NCBI GenBank assembly: GCA_001602415.1
Contig: CP012155.1
Span: forward strand, 2,676,402-2,740,401
From: Bacteroidetes bacterium UKL13-3
GTDB taxonomy: Bacteria > Bacteroidota > Bacteroidia > UKL13-3
Length of the DNA: 64,000 bases
Reading direction: 5' to 3'
The position numbers and the translations under genes are program-made. The notes under the pieces are model-generated. The model was not told the origin of the DNA. It did no database searches and saw nothing but the letters and a program-made list of their open reading frames with translations. Within the stretch, counting starts at the first letter, position 1. Every line of letters begins with the position of its first letter. Shown one piece after another: positions 10,525-20,020 of the stretch.

Positions 10525-13500
10525 ATGCAAGATTTAAATAAAGAATTTAAACCTTCGAGTTGGAGTATAAATAATAAAACAAGTATTTACATACTTACCA
10601 TTATTATTACACTTGCAGGGCTGTTTTCATACAACAGTTTACCTAAGGAGCAATTTCCTGAAGTTAAGTTTCCCAGCATCCTCATCACTACCATATACCC
10701 AGGAACCTCTCCAAACGATATGGAGCAATTGGTTACCAAAAATTTAGAAAAACAACTTGGTACACTCTCGGGTGTAAAAAAGATAAAGAGCAATTCTGTT
10801 CAGGATTTCTCGGTAATTAATGTTGAATTTAACACCGACCAAAATGTAGATTTATCACTTCAACGTGTTAAAGATGCTGTTGCAAAAGCCAAGAACGATT
10901 TACCTGATAACTTACCCAGAGATCCTCAGGTAACCGACATTGATGCCTCGCAGTTTCCAATTATGCAAGTGCATATCAATGGTGATTTACCGTTGGATAA
11001 AATGAAAAAATTTGCAGACCAATTGCAAGATGAAATTGAAGGATTAAAAGAAATTACCGAAGCGCGCATGTCGGGTGCATTGGAACGTGAAATCCAAGTA
11101 AACGTTGATATGTATAAAGCCGAAGTTGCTTCTATCAGTTTTCAAGACATCAACAGCGCTATTAACTATGAAAACATGACCATTAGCGGTGGACTTGTTG
11201 ACATGGACGGATTAAAACGTTCTATCAGTGTAAAGGGACAATATGCAGACCCTCAAAAACTAGGCGATATTATTATCAGAGGCCCAACAGGAGCAACTAT
11301 TTACCTTAAAGATATTGCCGAAATTAAAGATGATTACAAGGAGAAAGAAAGCTACGCCCGCCTTGAACACAAAAATGTAATCACACTAAACATAATAAAA
11401 AAGAGTGGTGAAAATCTAATTGAAGCCTCTGATAAAATTAAAGCCATTTCAGAACGTTACGAAAAAAGTGTATTCCCTGATGGCTTAAAAATAACCATTA
11501 CAGGTGATCAGTCGGAAAAAACCCGTACCACTTTGCATGATTTGATTAATACCATCATTATTGGATTTGTTTTGGTAACCGTTATTCTCATGTTTTTTAT
11601 GGGAGCAACCAATGCCATCTTTGTGGCAATGTCGGTTCCACTATCATGCGCTATCGCCTTTCTTGTCTTTCCGGCAATCGGATTCAAACTAAACTTTATT
11701 GTTCTTTTCTCTTTCTTGCTTGCATTGGGTATTGTGGTAGATGACGCTATTGTTGTTGCAGAAAACACCCATCGTATTTTTGCCAACGGAAAAGTGCCAA
11801 TCAAAAAAGCTGCTAAAATGGCTGCGGGTGAGGTGTTTTTGCCAGTATTCTCAGGAACGATGACAACCCTCGCTCCTTTTATTCCATTGGCATTCTGGCA
11901 AGGTGTTATTGGTAAATTCATGTTCTTCTTACCTATTACACTTATTGTAACATTGCTTGCTTCCCTTTTAGTTGCTTATATCATCAATCCTGTTTTTGCT
12001 GTTGATTTTATGAAGACCCACGAAGAAGAAGACAAGGTGCGTAACAACAAAAAAGGCTATAAAATTACTGCCGTTATTTTTGCCGTTATCGCTTTGCTAT
12101 CCTATTTAGTAGGCAATATTGGTACAGGTAATTTTGTTGTTGTACTCTTTGGTTTATACTCGCTTAACCGTTTCATTTTGTGGAAATGGATTAAAACTTT
12201 CCAAGAAGTTCGTTGGCCGAAGGTTCAAGATGCCTACAAACGTTTAATGGAATGGACTCTTCAAAAAAGAAGGCCAATTTGGATGATGGTTGCCACTGTG
12301 GCGCTGTTCATCTTCACCTTTATATTCACAGCTATCCGTTCGCCTAAAGTTGTGTTTTTTCCTCAGTCGGATCCAAACTTTATATACACATACATAACGC
12401 TCCCTACCGGAACATCGGCAGCCTACACCGATTCTATTACGCAAATAGTAGAGAACAGAGTGTATAAAGTAATGGGAGATCATAACCCCATTGTTGAATC
12501 CATCATTTCAAACGTAGCGGTGGGAGCAAATGATCCTTCACAATTTGAATATAATTTTAGTCCTACTCCTCACCTTGGGAAAGTAACGGTTGCATTTGTT
12601 GATTTCACCAAACGCAATGGCGAATCCTCTTCACAATACTTAGACAAAATAAGAGAAGCTACTAAAGGTATTCCAGGAGCAGAAATTGTTGTTGACCAAG
12701 AAAAAGGTGGTCCGCCAACCGGTAAACCTATTGCTATCGACATCAAGGGAGATGATATTAACCAATTAGTAAAAGTAAGTGCCGACATTAAACGCTATTT
12801 AGACTCAATTGGAATTGCCGGAGTTGAAGAACTTAAATCAGATGTTCAATCAAACAAACCAGAAATAGTTGTAGAAGTTGACAGAGAAAGGGCCAACCGC
12901 GAGGGAATTAGTACAGGCCAAATTGGTGGCCAGTTGCGTAATGCCATTTTTGGACTGGATCAGCCAAGTAAACTAAAAGATGCGAATGATGAATACCCTA
13001 TTCAAATAAGATACCGAAAAGATCAGCGTAATAACGTGAATGCACTAATGAATTTAAAACTCACTTTCCGTGATATGAATATGGGTGGGCAAATTCGCCA
13101 AGTGCCTTTATCATCTGTTGCAACTGTTCGTTATGGAAATACATTTGGCGGTATCAAACGTTACAACGAAAAGCCCATTATTACATTATCATCTAATGTG
13201 CTTAATGGATTTAACGCAAACGAAATTGTAGGCAAAATTGATAAGAGTTTAAAACGATATCCAATACCTGCGGGTGTAACTGTAAAAATGGGTGGTGAGC
13301 AAGAAGAACAAGCCGAAACTGGAGCTTTTTTAGGAACTGCCTTATTGGTTTCGTTAGGGCTAATATTCTTAATTTTGGTAACACAGTTTAACTCTATTTC
13401 AAAACCAATCATCATTTTAAGCGAGATTTTGCTAAGTTTAATTGGCGTATTCTTAGGGTTTTCACTTTTCAATATGCAAATTTCCATTATCATGACAGGT

Positions 13501-13935
13501 GTTGGAATTATAGCCCTAGCAGGTATTGTGGTACGAAATGGAATTTTACTAGTAGAATTTACCGAGATTTTATTGGGCGAAGGCATGCCATTGCGCGAAG
13601 CAATCATTGAGGCAGGTCGCACACGCATGACACCGGTAATTTTAACAGCAACAGCTACCATGCTTGGATTAATACCACTTGCATTAGGATTAAATATTGA
13701 TTTTGCGTTATTGTTCCAAACAGGTAACCCTCATATTTTCTTTGGAGGAGACAGTGTTGCGTTTTGGGGGCCATTATCCTGGACCATGATTTTTGGGTTA
13801 GGTTTTGCAACTATTTTAACTTTGGTGTTGGTTCCAGTGATGCTTTACCTGAGTGAAAATTTAAAATTACGTATAGGAATTCAACCAAAGCACAAGTTCG
13901 ATCATCCAACGGAAACAAATGCCGAAACACTCTAA
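10525..13935 (+). CDS. RND efflux transporter permease subunit
   Basis: LGIVVDDAIVVAEN, GIVVRNGILLVEF and RMTPVILT motifs. Confidence 0.95.
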   Translation: MQDLNKEFKPSSWSINNKTSIYILTIIITLAGLFSYNSLPKEQFPEVKFPSILITTIYPGTSPNDMEQLVTKNLEKQLGTLSGVKKIKSNSVQDFSVINVEFNTDQNVDLSLQRVKDAVAKAKNDLPDNLPRDPQVTDIDASQFPIMQVHINGDLPLDKMKKFADQLQDEIEGLKEITEARMSGALEREIQVNVDMYKAEVASISFQDINSAINYENMTISGGLVDMDGLKRSISVKGQYADPQKLGDIIIRGPTGATIYLKDIAEIKDDYKEKESYARLEHKNVITLNIIKKSGENLIEASDKIKAISERYEKSVFPDGLKITITGDQSEKTRTTLHDLINTIIIGFVLVTVILMFFMGATNAIFVAMSVPLSCAIAFLVFPAIGFKLNFIVLFSFLLALGIVVDDAIVVAENTHRIFANGKVPIKKAAKMAAGEVFLPVFSGTMTTLAPFIPLAFWQGVIGKFMFFLPITLIVTLLASLLVAYIINPVFAVDFMKTHEEEDKVRNNKKGYKITAVIFAVIALLSYLVGNIGTGNFVVVLFGLYSLNRFILWKWIKTFQEVRWPKVQDAYKRLMEWTLQKRRPIWMMVATVALFIFTFIFTAIRSPKVVFFPQSDPNFIYTYITLPTGTSAAYTDSITQIVENRVYKVMGDHNPIVESIISNVAVGANDPSQFEYNFSPTPHLGKVTVAFVDFTKRNGESSSQYLDKIREATKGIPGAEIVVDQEKGGPPTGKPIAIDIKGDDINQLVKVSADIKRYLDSIGIAGVEELKSDVQSNKPEIVVEVDRERANREGISTGQIGGQLRNAIFGLDQPSKLKDANDEYPIQIRYRKDQRNNVNALMNLKLTFRDMNMGGQIRQVPLSSVATVRYGNTFGGIKRYNEKPIITLSSNVLNGFNANEIVGKIDKSLKRYPIPAGVTVKMGGEQEEQAETGAFLGTALLVSLGLIFLILVTQFNSISKPIIILSEILLSLIGVFLGFSLFNMQISIIMTGVGIIALAGIVVRNGILLVEFTEILLGEGMPLREAIIEAGRTRMTPVILTATATMLGLIPLALGLNIDFALLFQTGNPHIFFGGDSVAFWGPLSWTMIFGLGFATILTLVLVPVMLYLSENLKLRIGIQPKHKFDHPTETNAETL

Positions 13936-14058
13936 AAAAACAAGATGCTTTATCCATGTTAAAACGAGATATAGCATTTTTAACCGTTCTTTAATAAAGC
14001 AGGAAATATTGTGTATTAAGGGGAAAATTAGGTACTAAATATTCATTATTTTAAAAGA

Positions 14059-14072
14059 ATGACAAAAGTCAT
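14059..14072. promoter_or_regulatory. CRP/FNR-like box ATGAC-N4-GTCAT
   Basis: Perfect 5+5 palindrome with a 4-nt spacer, upstream of candidate sRNA copy 1. Confidence 0.45.
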
Positions 14073-14118
14073 ACATTGTATTTTTTGAAACAAGTAGCAG
14101 ATTAATAATTTTACAAGC

Positions 14119-14272
14119 GGAAAGTGAGTTTAAACAATAAACACCACGATTCAACGTTCCTTGTTTAAATCAATCAACATCATTCTTAATATAAGATTTT
14201 GCATCTATTGAGTAGAGGTGCAATTTGTTTCATAGGCTATGATAGACCCTCGAAAGAGGGTTTATCTTTTTT
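14119..14272 (+). ncRNA. Candidate sRNA copy 1 (5' end uncertain)
   Basis: Core 14192-14236 is shared with copy 2; hairpin TTGCATCT/AGGTGCAA; terminator GATAGACCCTC-GAAA-GAGGGTTTATC plus T6; extra 5' stem 14129-14137/14161-14169. Confidence 0.65.
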
Positions 14273-14354
14273 CCTAAAAAACATTATCCTTTATGACAGA
14301 AATATGATAGAAATAATGGTATGCATGCATAATAATAAACGATATTTGTTCCTG

Positions 14355-14456
14355 TAATTATTAGTTATCAGTTTGACTTAAGAGTTTGCATCTATGAGTA
14401 GAGGTGCAATTTGTTTCATAGGTTAGAAAGGCCCCCGAAAGGGGGCTTTTCGTTTT
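14355..14456 (+). ncRNA. Candidate sRNA copy 2 (5' end uncertain)
   Basis: Core 14379-14422; terminator GAAAGGCCCCC-GAAA-GGGGGCTTTTC plus a T run. Confidence 0.65.
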
Positions 14457-14482
14457 ATAGCACAATCCTTTATCCTTGTAGG

Positions 14483-14827
14483 ATGAAAATAATTCTTTAT
14501 CATAATCAAGCATGTTCAAAAAGTTGTGAGGTGCTATCTATTTTGCAACATGTTGGTGAAGATATTACAATCATAAACTACCTAATTACTCCACCCTCCG
14601 TTGAAACTTTAACACAAATTGTAGGCATGCTCGGAATTGAAGCAAAAGATCTTGTTCGTAAAAAGGAACATCTCTACATACAACAATTCCAGGATAAACA
14701 ATACACAAACTCCGAATGGATCAAGGTCTTAAGTAAATATCCTGGGTTAATGGAGCGTCCAATCGTCATTAAAAATGGTAAAGCCATAATCGGTAGACCT
14801 CCACGAACAGTAGAAACTATTTTATAA
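14483..14827 (+). CDS. ArsC/Spx family reductase (glutaredoxin-dependent arsenate reductase-like)
   Basis: YHNQACSKS...LMERPIV...IGRPP; start moved to ATG 14483 because the ORF-track start lies inside the sRNA. Confidence 0.85.
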   Translation: MKIILYHNQACSKSCEVLSILQHVGEDITIINYLITPPSVETLTQIVGMLGIEAKDLVRKKEHLYIQQFQDKQYTNSEWIKVLSKYPGLMERPIVIKNGKAIIGRPPRTVETIL

Positions 14828-14933
14828 GCCAACCGTCAATGTTTTATTCATAACATTTAACCCCATGTATATCCATTTGTGTAAATCACACCTTTACATT
14901 ATTATTGATTGCTATCTTTCACAAAAAAACAAC

Positions 14934-16505
14934 ATGAAGAAAATAATACTTTGCGTCTTTCTATTGACTCAAACATCCCTAATGCTTTGGGCGCAAAAAA
15001 CCGCTCCCGAAAATTGGTACAACCTTGATTTGAAAAAAGATAAGATTCCAGGTGTAAGCACCGAACGTGCATACAACGAATTGCTAAAAGACAAACAGTC
15101 GAACACAGTTATTGTGGCTGTAATTGACGGAGGAACTGAGGTTGACCATGAAGATTTACTACCCGTTATTTGGATTAATAAAGGAGAAATACCAAACAAC
15201 AATATTGACGATGATAAAAACGGTTATTTGGATGATGTGCACGGATGGAATTTTATAGGCGGAAAAAACGGTGATGTAAACGAAGATAACTTGGAACTAA
15301 CTCGCGTATACAAACAACTAACCGAAAAGTATAAAGGTGACGCTCAGAAAACAGGAACCGAGTATGAAGAATACCTTCAAATTAAAACCGACTATGAGAA
15401 ACGCTACAGCCAAGCTCAAAAAATGACGAGCTATTTCACCGACTTGCAAAAAGGTATTGCTGATATTCAAAAAGCAACAGGCAAAAAGAATATTGGGATT
15501 GATGATCTGAAAAGTTACAGCGCAAAAGAAACGTATCAATTAACGTCCGTAAAATTACTAACCATCGCAGCCAAGAAAAAAGTTCCAACAGCCTCAGTTT
15601 TGGCAGAAATATCGGGAGCAAAAGAATATTATGGAAAACAGCTATCCACAGACTTAAACAAAGAGATTAACTCGCGCAATATTATTGGTGATAATTATGC
15701 TGATGTAACAGAGAAGTACTATGGAAATAACCATTACGAAGGTCCAGCAGGTGACCATGGAACCCATGTTGCCGGTATAATTGCTGCTGTAAGAAATAAC
15801 GGTAAAGGTATGAATGGTGTTGCGGATAATGTTAAAATTATGGTTGTACGAGTTGTACCCGATGGAGATGAGCACGACAAAGATATTGCAAACGGTATTC
15901 GTTATGCAGTTGATAACGGAGCTAAAATTATCAATATGAGTTTTGGGAAGAATTATTCGCCATACAAAAGTGCTGTTGATGATGCTGTGAAGTATGCAGT
16001 AAGTAAAGATGTATTACTTGTTCATGCAGCAGGAAACGATGGCAAAAATACAGATACCACTAATAATTTTCCAAGAGATGTATATGCTAGCAATACAGAA
16101 TTAGCCTCATCTTGGATAGAGATTGGAGCTTCCAATTGGAAAAAAGGCAAGCATATTACTGCCGAGTTTTCAAATTATGGAAAGAAGAATGTTGATGTAT
16201 TTGCTCCAGGAGTTGATATTTACTCAACCATCCCCGATTCAAAATATGCAAGCTTTAGTGGCACCAGCATGGCCGCACCGGTAACGTCTGGAGTGGCTGC
16301 TATGTTACGTTCATATTACCCAACACTTACAGCCAATCAAGTGAAAGAAATTTTAATGCAATCATCTGTAAAAGTTAAAGGAAAAGTATTTTTACCAGGT
16401 GCTGATAAACGTAAAGTTAAAATGACCGACTTATGCGCAACAGGGGGTATAATTAATGCATACGAAGCTGTTAAATTGGCCGATCAAATCGTATCCAAGA
16501 AATAA
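14934..16505 (+). CDS. S8 family serine peptidase (secreted)
   Basis: Catalytic triad motifs VAVIDGG, HGTHVAG, GTSMAAP; signal peptide from MKKIIL. Confidence 0.95.
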   Translation: MKKIILCVFLLTQTSLMLWAQKTAPENWYNLDLKKDKIPGVSTERAYNELLKDKQSNTVIVAVIDGGTEVDHEDLLPVIWINKGEIPNNNIDDDKNGYLDDVHGWNFIGGKNGDVNEDNLELTRVYKQLTEKYKGDAQKTGTEYEEYLQIKTDYEKRYSQAQKMTSYFTDLQKGIADIQKATGKKNIGIDDLKSYSAKETYQLTSVKLLTIAAKKKVPTASVLAEISGAKEYYGKQLSTDLNKEINSRNIIGDNYADVTEKYYGNNHYEGPAGDHGTHVAGIIAAVRNNGKGMNGVADNVKIMVVRVVPDGDEHDKDIANGIRYAVDNGAKIINMSFGKNYSPYKSAVDDAVKYAVSKDVLLVHAAGNDGKNTDTTNNFPRDVYASNTELASSWIEIGASNWKKGKHITAEFSNYGKKNVDVFAPGVDIYSTIPDSKYASFSGTSMAAPVTSGVAAMLRSYYPTLTANQVKEILMQSSVKVKGKVFLPGADKRKVKMTDLCATGGIINAYEAVKLADQIVSKK

Positions 16506-16524
16506 GATATCACTAAATAAAATG

Positions 16525-16555
16525 AACGCCATTCCTCAGCAGGGATGGCGTTTTT
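16525..16555 (+). terminator. Terminator between convergent genes
   Basis: AACGCCATTCC...GGGATGGCGTTTTT. Confidence 0.75.
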
Positions 16556-16556
16556 A

Positions 16557-17198
16557 TTACATCGGTTTACGCAGCTTTACCAAAACAAAAGTAACAAACA
16601 TTGATACTATGGCACCAACAAATGCGAGTGCCATATCTTTTTGGGCATCCCATACATCTCCTTGGGTTCCCAAATAGGCTGCTCCTTCGGCAGGAAAAAA
16701 AACTTCGGCAACAAGCCATTCAATTATTTCATAAATACCACTAAAACTCATGGTGATTTCTATTGGTAATATAAAACATACCCAAACCGGCCATTGAAAC
16801 CAATTTCTAAAATAATCACGCAAAGGGTAGCCCAATAATAAGCCGAAACTACAATGCACAATTCTATCATAATGGTTACGCGCCAACCCTAAAACATCCT
16901 TCAGCCAATAGCCCAATGGATTCTCGGAATACGTATACTCTGCACCATAAATATGCAACAACATATAAATAAAAATGAGCGTATAACTCAAATCACTGAA
17001 CACAAATTTTCTGTACGAATAGGTTAATCCTACCAGAAAAATAACTGTCAAGGTATTCTCTGTATACCAATTAGCACGGTCGGTAGTATTGATAAATGTT
17101 ACGATCCAACAAACAGCAAAAATCAGCAGGAATACCTGTAACAATCTGTTTTGAAAGAATGGGGTTCGGTGTTGGGAAGAAGCGGTTGAGTATGACAT
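16557..17198 (-). CDS. DUF2238 (YjdF-like) membrane protein
   Basis: W..EN, RNHYDRIVH, YEIIEW and LGTQGDVWDAQKDM motifs. Confidence 0.88.
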   Translation of the reverse strand: MSYSTASSQHRTPFFQNRLLQVFLLIFAVCWIVTFINTTDRANWYTENTLTVIFLVGLTYSYRKFVFSDLSYTLIFIYMLLHIYGAEYTYSENPLGYWLKDVLGLARNHYDRIVHCSFGLLLGYPLRDYFRNWFQWPVWVCFILPIEITMSFSGIYEIIEWLVAEVFFPAEGAAYLGTQGDVWDAQKDMALAFVGAIVSMFVTFVLVKLRKPM

Positions 17199-17277
17199 AG
17201 GATAAGTTTGTTTACAGCAAGGTACAAAAAAATATCCCACTTAATAGCGAGGTATTTAAATACAAGAATGTAAATAA

Positions 17278-18171
17278 CTATTGCTTAATCATTCGTTGGG
17301 TATATGTATTCAAACCTTGTTGCATTGTTACAACATACATCCCATTGGCTAAATGCTGAGTAGAAAGCTGTTGAAACTGATTAATTGTTCCTTTTGCAAC
17401 AAGTATTCCGGTAATGGTGTAAATTGAAACAACTACATCCTCAATAGAACTTACTTTAACAAAATCGATTGTTGGATTTGGATATAACCTAATCACATTC
17501 TGTGAAGAAAATGCATTCAACCCAGTTGTAACGGTTCTCGATGAATTAACGGTTAGGTCAACTTCCTTATTCAGGTTTGAGCTATCTAACACAACCGTTT
17601 TTGCATTTGCAGTAGGCACATTAATCATATCAACAATAATTTTATAGGTACCAACTGGTAAGTTAGCAGTTGTAAATTTACCTGAATCATTTGTGTTAGT
17701 CATTTTAATAAATACACCGGCATCGTTTTTAATAACCACTCGTACATTTTTTAACAGATCACCCGCAGTTTTTAGTAAGCCTTCAGTTAATGCGCCACTA
17801 ATACTTGCCGGACCTGTAAATGACGGATTAGGTAACATTCCTTCGTTGCAAATAGCACTATCCTTTGAATCCAAGTCAATATCTAAAGCTTCATCCCAAA
17901 CTGGTTTCATTGGATGCCAAGTTGTAATGTATTTAGCATACACCATGCTTGAATGCAATCGGTAAATGCCCGAATTTAAACTATCAAATGTCCATGTTCC
18001 GCTGTCTTCATCCTTGGTTTTGATAAGTGCATAAGAGTTGTCGGCTTGCTTTTGGTACAAACTGTAAGTAATAATTGTTCCGCCAACACGCGATTCAACT
18101 CTTATCCATTTAGTTTAAGCAAAACTTGTTAGGGTTGAAATGAGGGCAATGAGTAGTAATGATTTTTTCAT
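17278..18171 (-). pseudogene. T9SS type A sorting domain protein with an in-frame nonsense codon after the signal peptide
   Basis: ATG 18171 gives MKKSLLLIALISTLTSFA, then TAA (18117-18115), then an in-frame continuation into ORF 17278..18060 ending in a YPNP...MIKQ CTD. Confidence 0.8.
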
Positions 18172-18250
18172 GATTGTTTTGTCTGTTGTTCAAAAGTAGG
18201 TGTATTAACGAGCCTATCATATACGTTAGTAAACGTATTCTCACTTTGTT

Positions 18251-18277
18251 GAACCTTTAACCCAAATAAGTGTATAA
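18251..18277 (+). promoter_or_regulatory. Possible ECF-sigma promoter (GAACC ... TGTAT)
   Basis: AAC-containing -35-like element with a plausible spacer, directly upstream of the ECF operon. Confidence 0.35.
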
Positions 18278-18295
18278 CTAATAAAATCAATTAGC

Positions 18296-19450
18296 ATGAA
18301 AATAGTTAATCTTCTTTTTATTCTGCTGCTCTCTCATTTCTGCTTTGCCCAACAACCACAACATATTCATGGTTTTGCCATTGACAAAAAACCCAATACT
18401 TGGTACAAACAACAAATAGCGTTATGGAGGGCCGAATTGGATAAAAATCCTACAAACAGTTATGCGTGGTACAATTATTATCGCTCTACACGCAATCATA
18501 TACGAACAGATGTGGAGGATAAAAGAACACCAGCAGAAAAAAGCGCACAGCTAGCAGCCCTTGTGAATGCTATGGAAAAAGTCGTTCCCGAATCATTTGA
18601 ATACAATCTTTGTAAATGGATGGATGGAGGAAATGACTATGAACACAATCTTTCCTATTTAAAAAAAGCAGCGCAACTCGGACCCGAACGAATTGAAATT
18701 CTTAGCGAGATGATTGTTTGGGCAGAAATTGAACGCGACATAACCAAACGAGATAAGTACTCACAAAAATGGTTCGAATCTCCACTGTTATCACCCGGCT
18801 TATTGTATTACAACTACAATGTACTCATTGGATTAAAGTCCAATGCCATTCTCATTACACAAGGCGATAATGATACCTATCCTATTTGGATTCTGCAATC
18901 GCAAGGAATCAGACAAGATGTAACAGTACTTAATACTTCTTTGTTAAACATTGATTCATACCGAACAAAAGTATTTGCTGAATTGGGTATTACCAAATGG
19001 GAAACAACAATGCTCAATACCATAAGTGACGGAAGCCAGCGGTATAGCAATGAATTAGTAAAACACCTTGCTTCCAATTCAAAAAAAAATCAGGTATATA
19101 TAGCGTTAACTGTAGGTGAAGAACTAACCAAGCCCATAGCCGAACATCTTTACTTAACAGGATTAGCATATGAATACAGCCCAACTTCAATAGATAATAT
19201 TGCTTTAATGAAGAAAAACTTTGAACAGGAGTATGCATTAGACTATCTGGAGAAACCCTTCTATCAAGATATTTCAGCTTACTGGTCAAAACATAGTTCA
19301 AAAAACTACATAGTTCCCATGATTAAATTGTATGACCACTACAAAACCTCAGGCGATCAAGCTAGGATGGAATGGATCAAAAAGAAAATTGTTTCTATTG
19401 TAAAAGGTTCTGCGGAAGAACAAAGCACGCTAAACTATTTAAGCAAATAA
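18296..19450 (+). CDS. Secreted hypothetical protein with a helical N-terminus and a DUF2723-like GDNDTxP segment
   Basis: Signal peptide (FCFA/Q); NAILITQGDNDTYPIWILQ...RQDVTVLNTSLL. Confidence 0.7.
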   Translation: MKIVNLLFILLLSHFCFAQQPQHIHGFAIDKKPNTWYKQQIALWRAELDKNPTNSYAWYNYYRSTRNHIRTDVEDKRTPAEKSAQLAALVNAMEKVVPESFEYNLCKWMDGGNDYEHNLSYLKKAAQLGPERIEILSEMIVWAEIERDITKRDKYSQKWFESPLLSPGLLYYNYNVLIGLKSNAILITQGDNDTYPIWILQSQGIRQDVTVLNTSLLNIDSYRTKVFAELGITKWETTMLNTISDGSQRYSNELVKHLASNSKKNQVYIALTVGEELTKPIAEHLYLTGLAYEYSPTSIDNIALMKKNFEQEYALDYLEKPFYQDISAYWSKHSSKNYIVPMIKLYDHYKTSGDQARMEWIKKKIVSIVKGSAEEQSTLNYLSK

Positions 19451-19451
19451 A

Positions 19452-20018
19452 GTGACGTTCTTCTTCAAGTCATATAAAAGTTATTCTGATGAACAACTCA
19501 TGAAGTTGCTATCACTTGAAATGGATGGTAAAGTGTTAGAAGAACTCTATCAGCGATACGCGAGAAAGCTAACATCGTTTTGTAATCGCATGCTATCCAA
19601 TAAGGAAAAAGCCGGAGATATGGTACAAGAAGTATTTATAAAAATTATTGAGAAACCGAATGCGTTTGATACCCAACAAAAATTCTCAACATGGATTTTT
19701 ACCGTGGCAAATAATTTGTGTTTAAATGCCATTCGGAATGAACAAAACCGCCAACGATTATTAAGCGAACATTATATCATAGATGAGCAATTTATTCAGC
19801 ACCCAACATTGGATGTAAAGCTTATCAAAACCAAAATGAATATTATTTTTAAAGATTTATCGGAAAAAGAAAAGGCTGTTTTCATTTTCCGATTTGAGCA
19901 CGAATTAAACATAAAGGAAATTGCTACTATTTTAAATATCCCAGAAGGAAGCGTGAAATCCTGTTTATACTACATGCTTAAAAAAATATCCAATCACTTA
20001 ACACCTTACACAAACTAA
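19452..20018 (+). CDS. ECF RNA polymerase sigma factor
   Basis: DMVQEVF, FSTWIFTVANN and EIATILNIPEGSVKS regions 2 and 4. Confidence 0.93.
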   Translation: MTFFFKSYKSYSDEQLMKLLSLEMDGKVLEELYQRYARKLTSFCNRMLSNKEKAGDMVQEVFIKIIEKPNAFDTQQKFSTWIFTVANNLCLNAIRNEQNRQRLLSEHYIIDEQFIQHPTLDVKLIKTKMNIIFKDLSEKEKAVFIFRFEHELNIKEIATILNIPEGSVKSCLYYMLKKISNHLTPYTN

Positions 20019-20020
20019 TT

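Noticed and set aside
14186-14419. Minus-strand peptides MKQIAPLL... within each repeat (type I toxin or leader peptide)
   Set aside because: The 1-nt indel shifts the frame between copies (…LNRCKILY* vs …LIDANS*), and the G-U pairs and U tracts favour a + strand RNA.
14192-14422. The 44-45 bp direct repeat as a mini-CRISPR array
   Set aside because: There are only two units, the 142-bp 'spacer' contains a terminator, and no cas genes are present in the window.
14411-14482. N-terminal extension of the ArsC ORF in the track
   Set aside because: It runs through the terminator hairpin; family similarity begins at ATG 14483.
18771-18785. GGTTCGAATC tRNA T-arm-like motif
   Set aside because: It lies inside a CDS and has no cloverleaf or acceptor stem.
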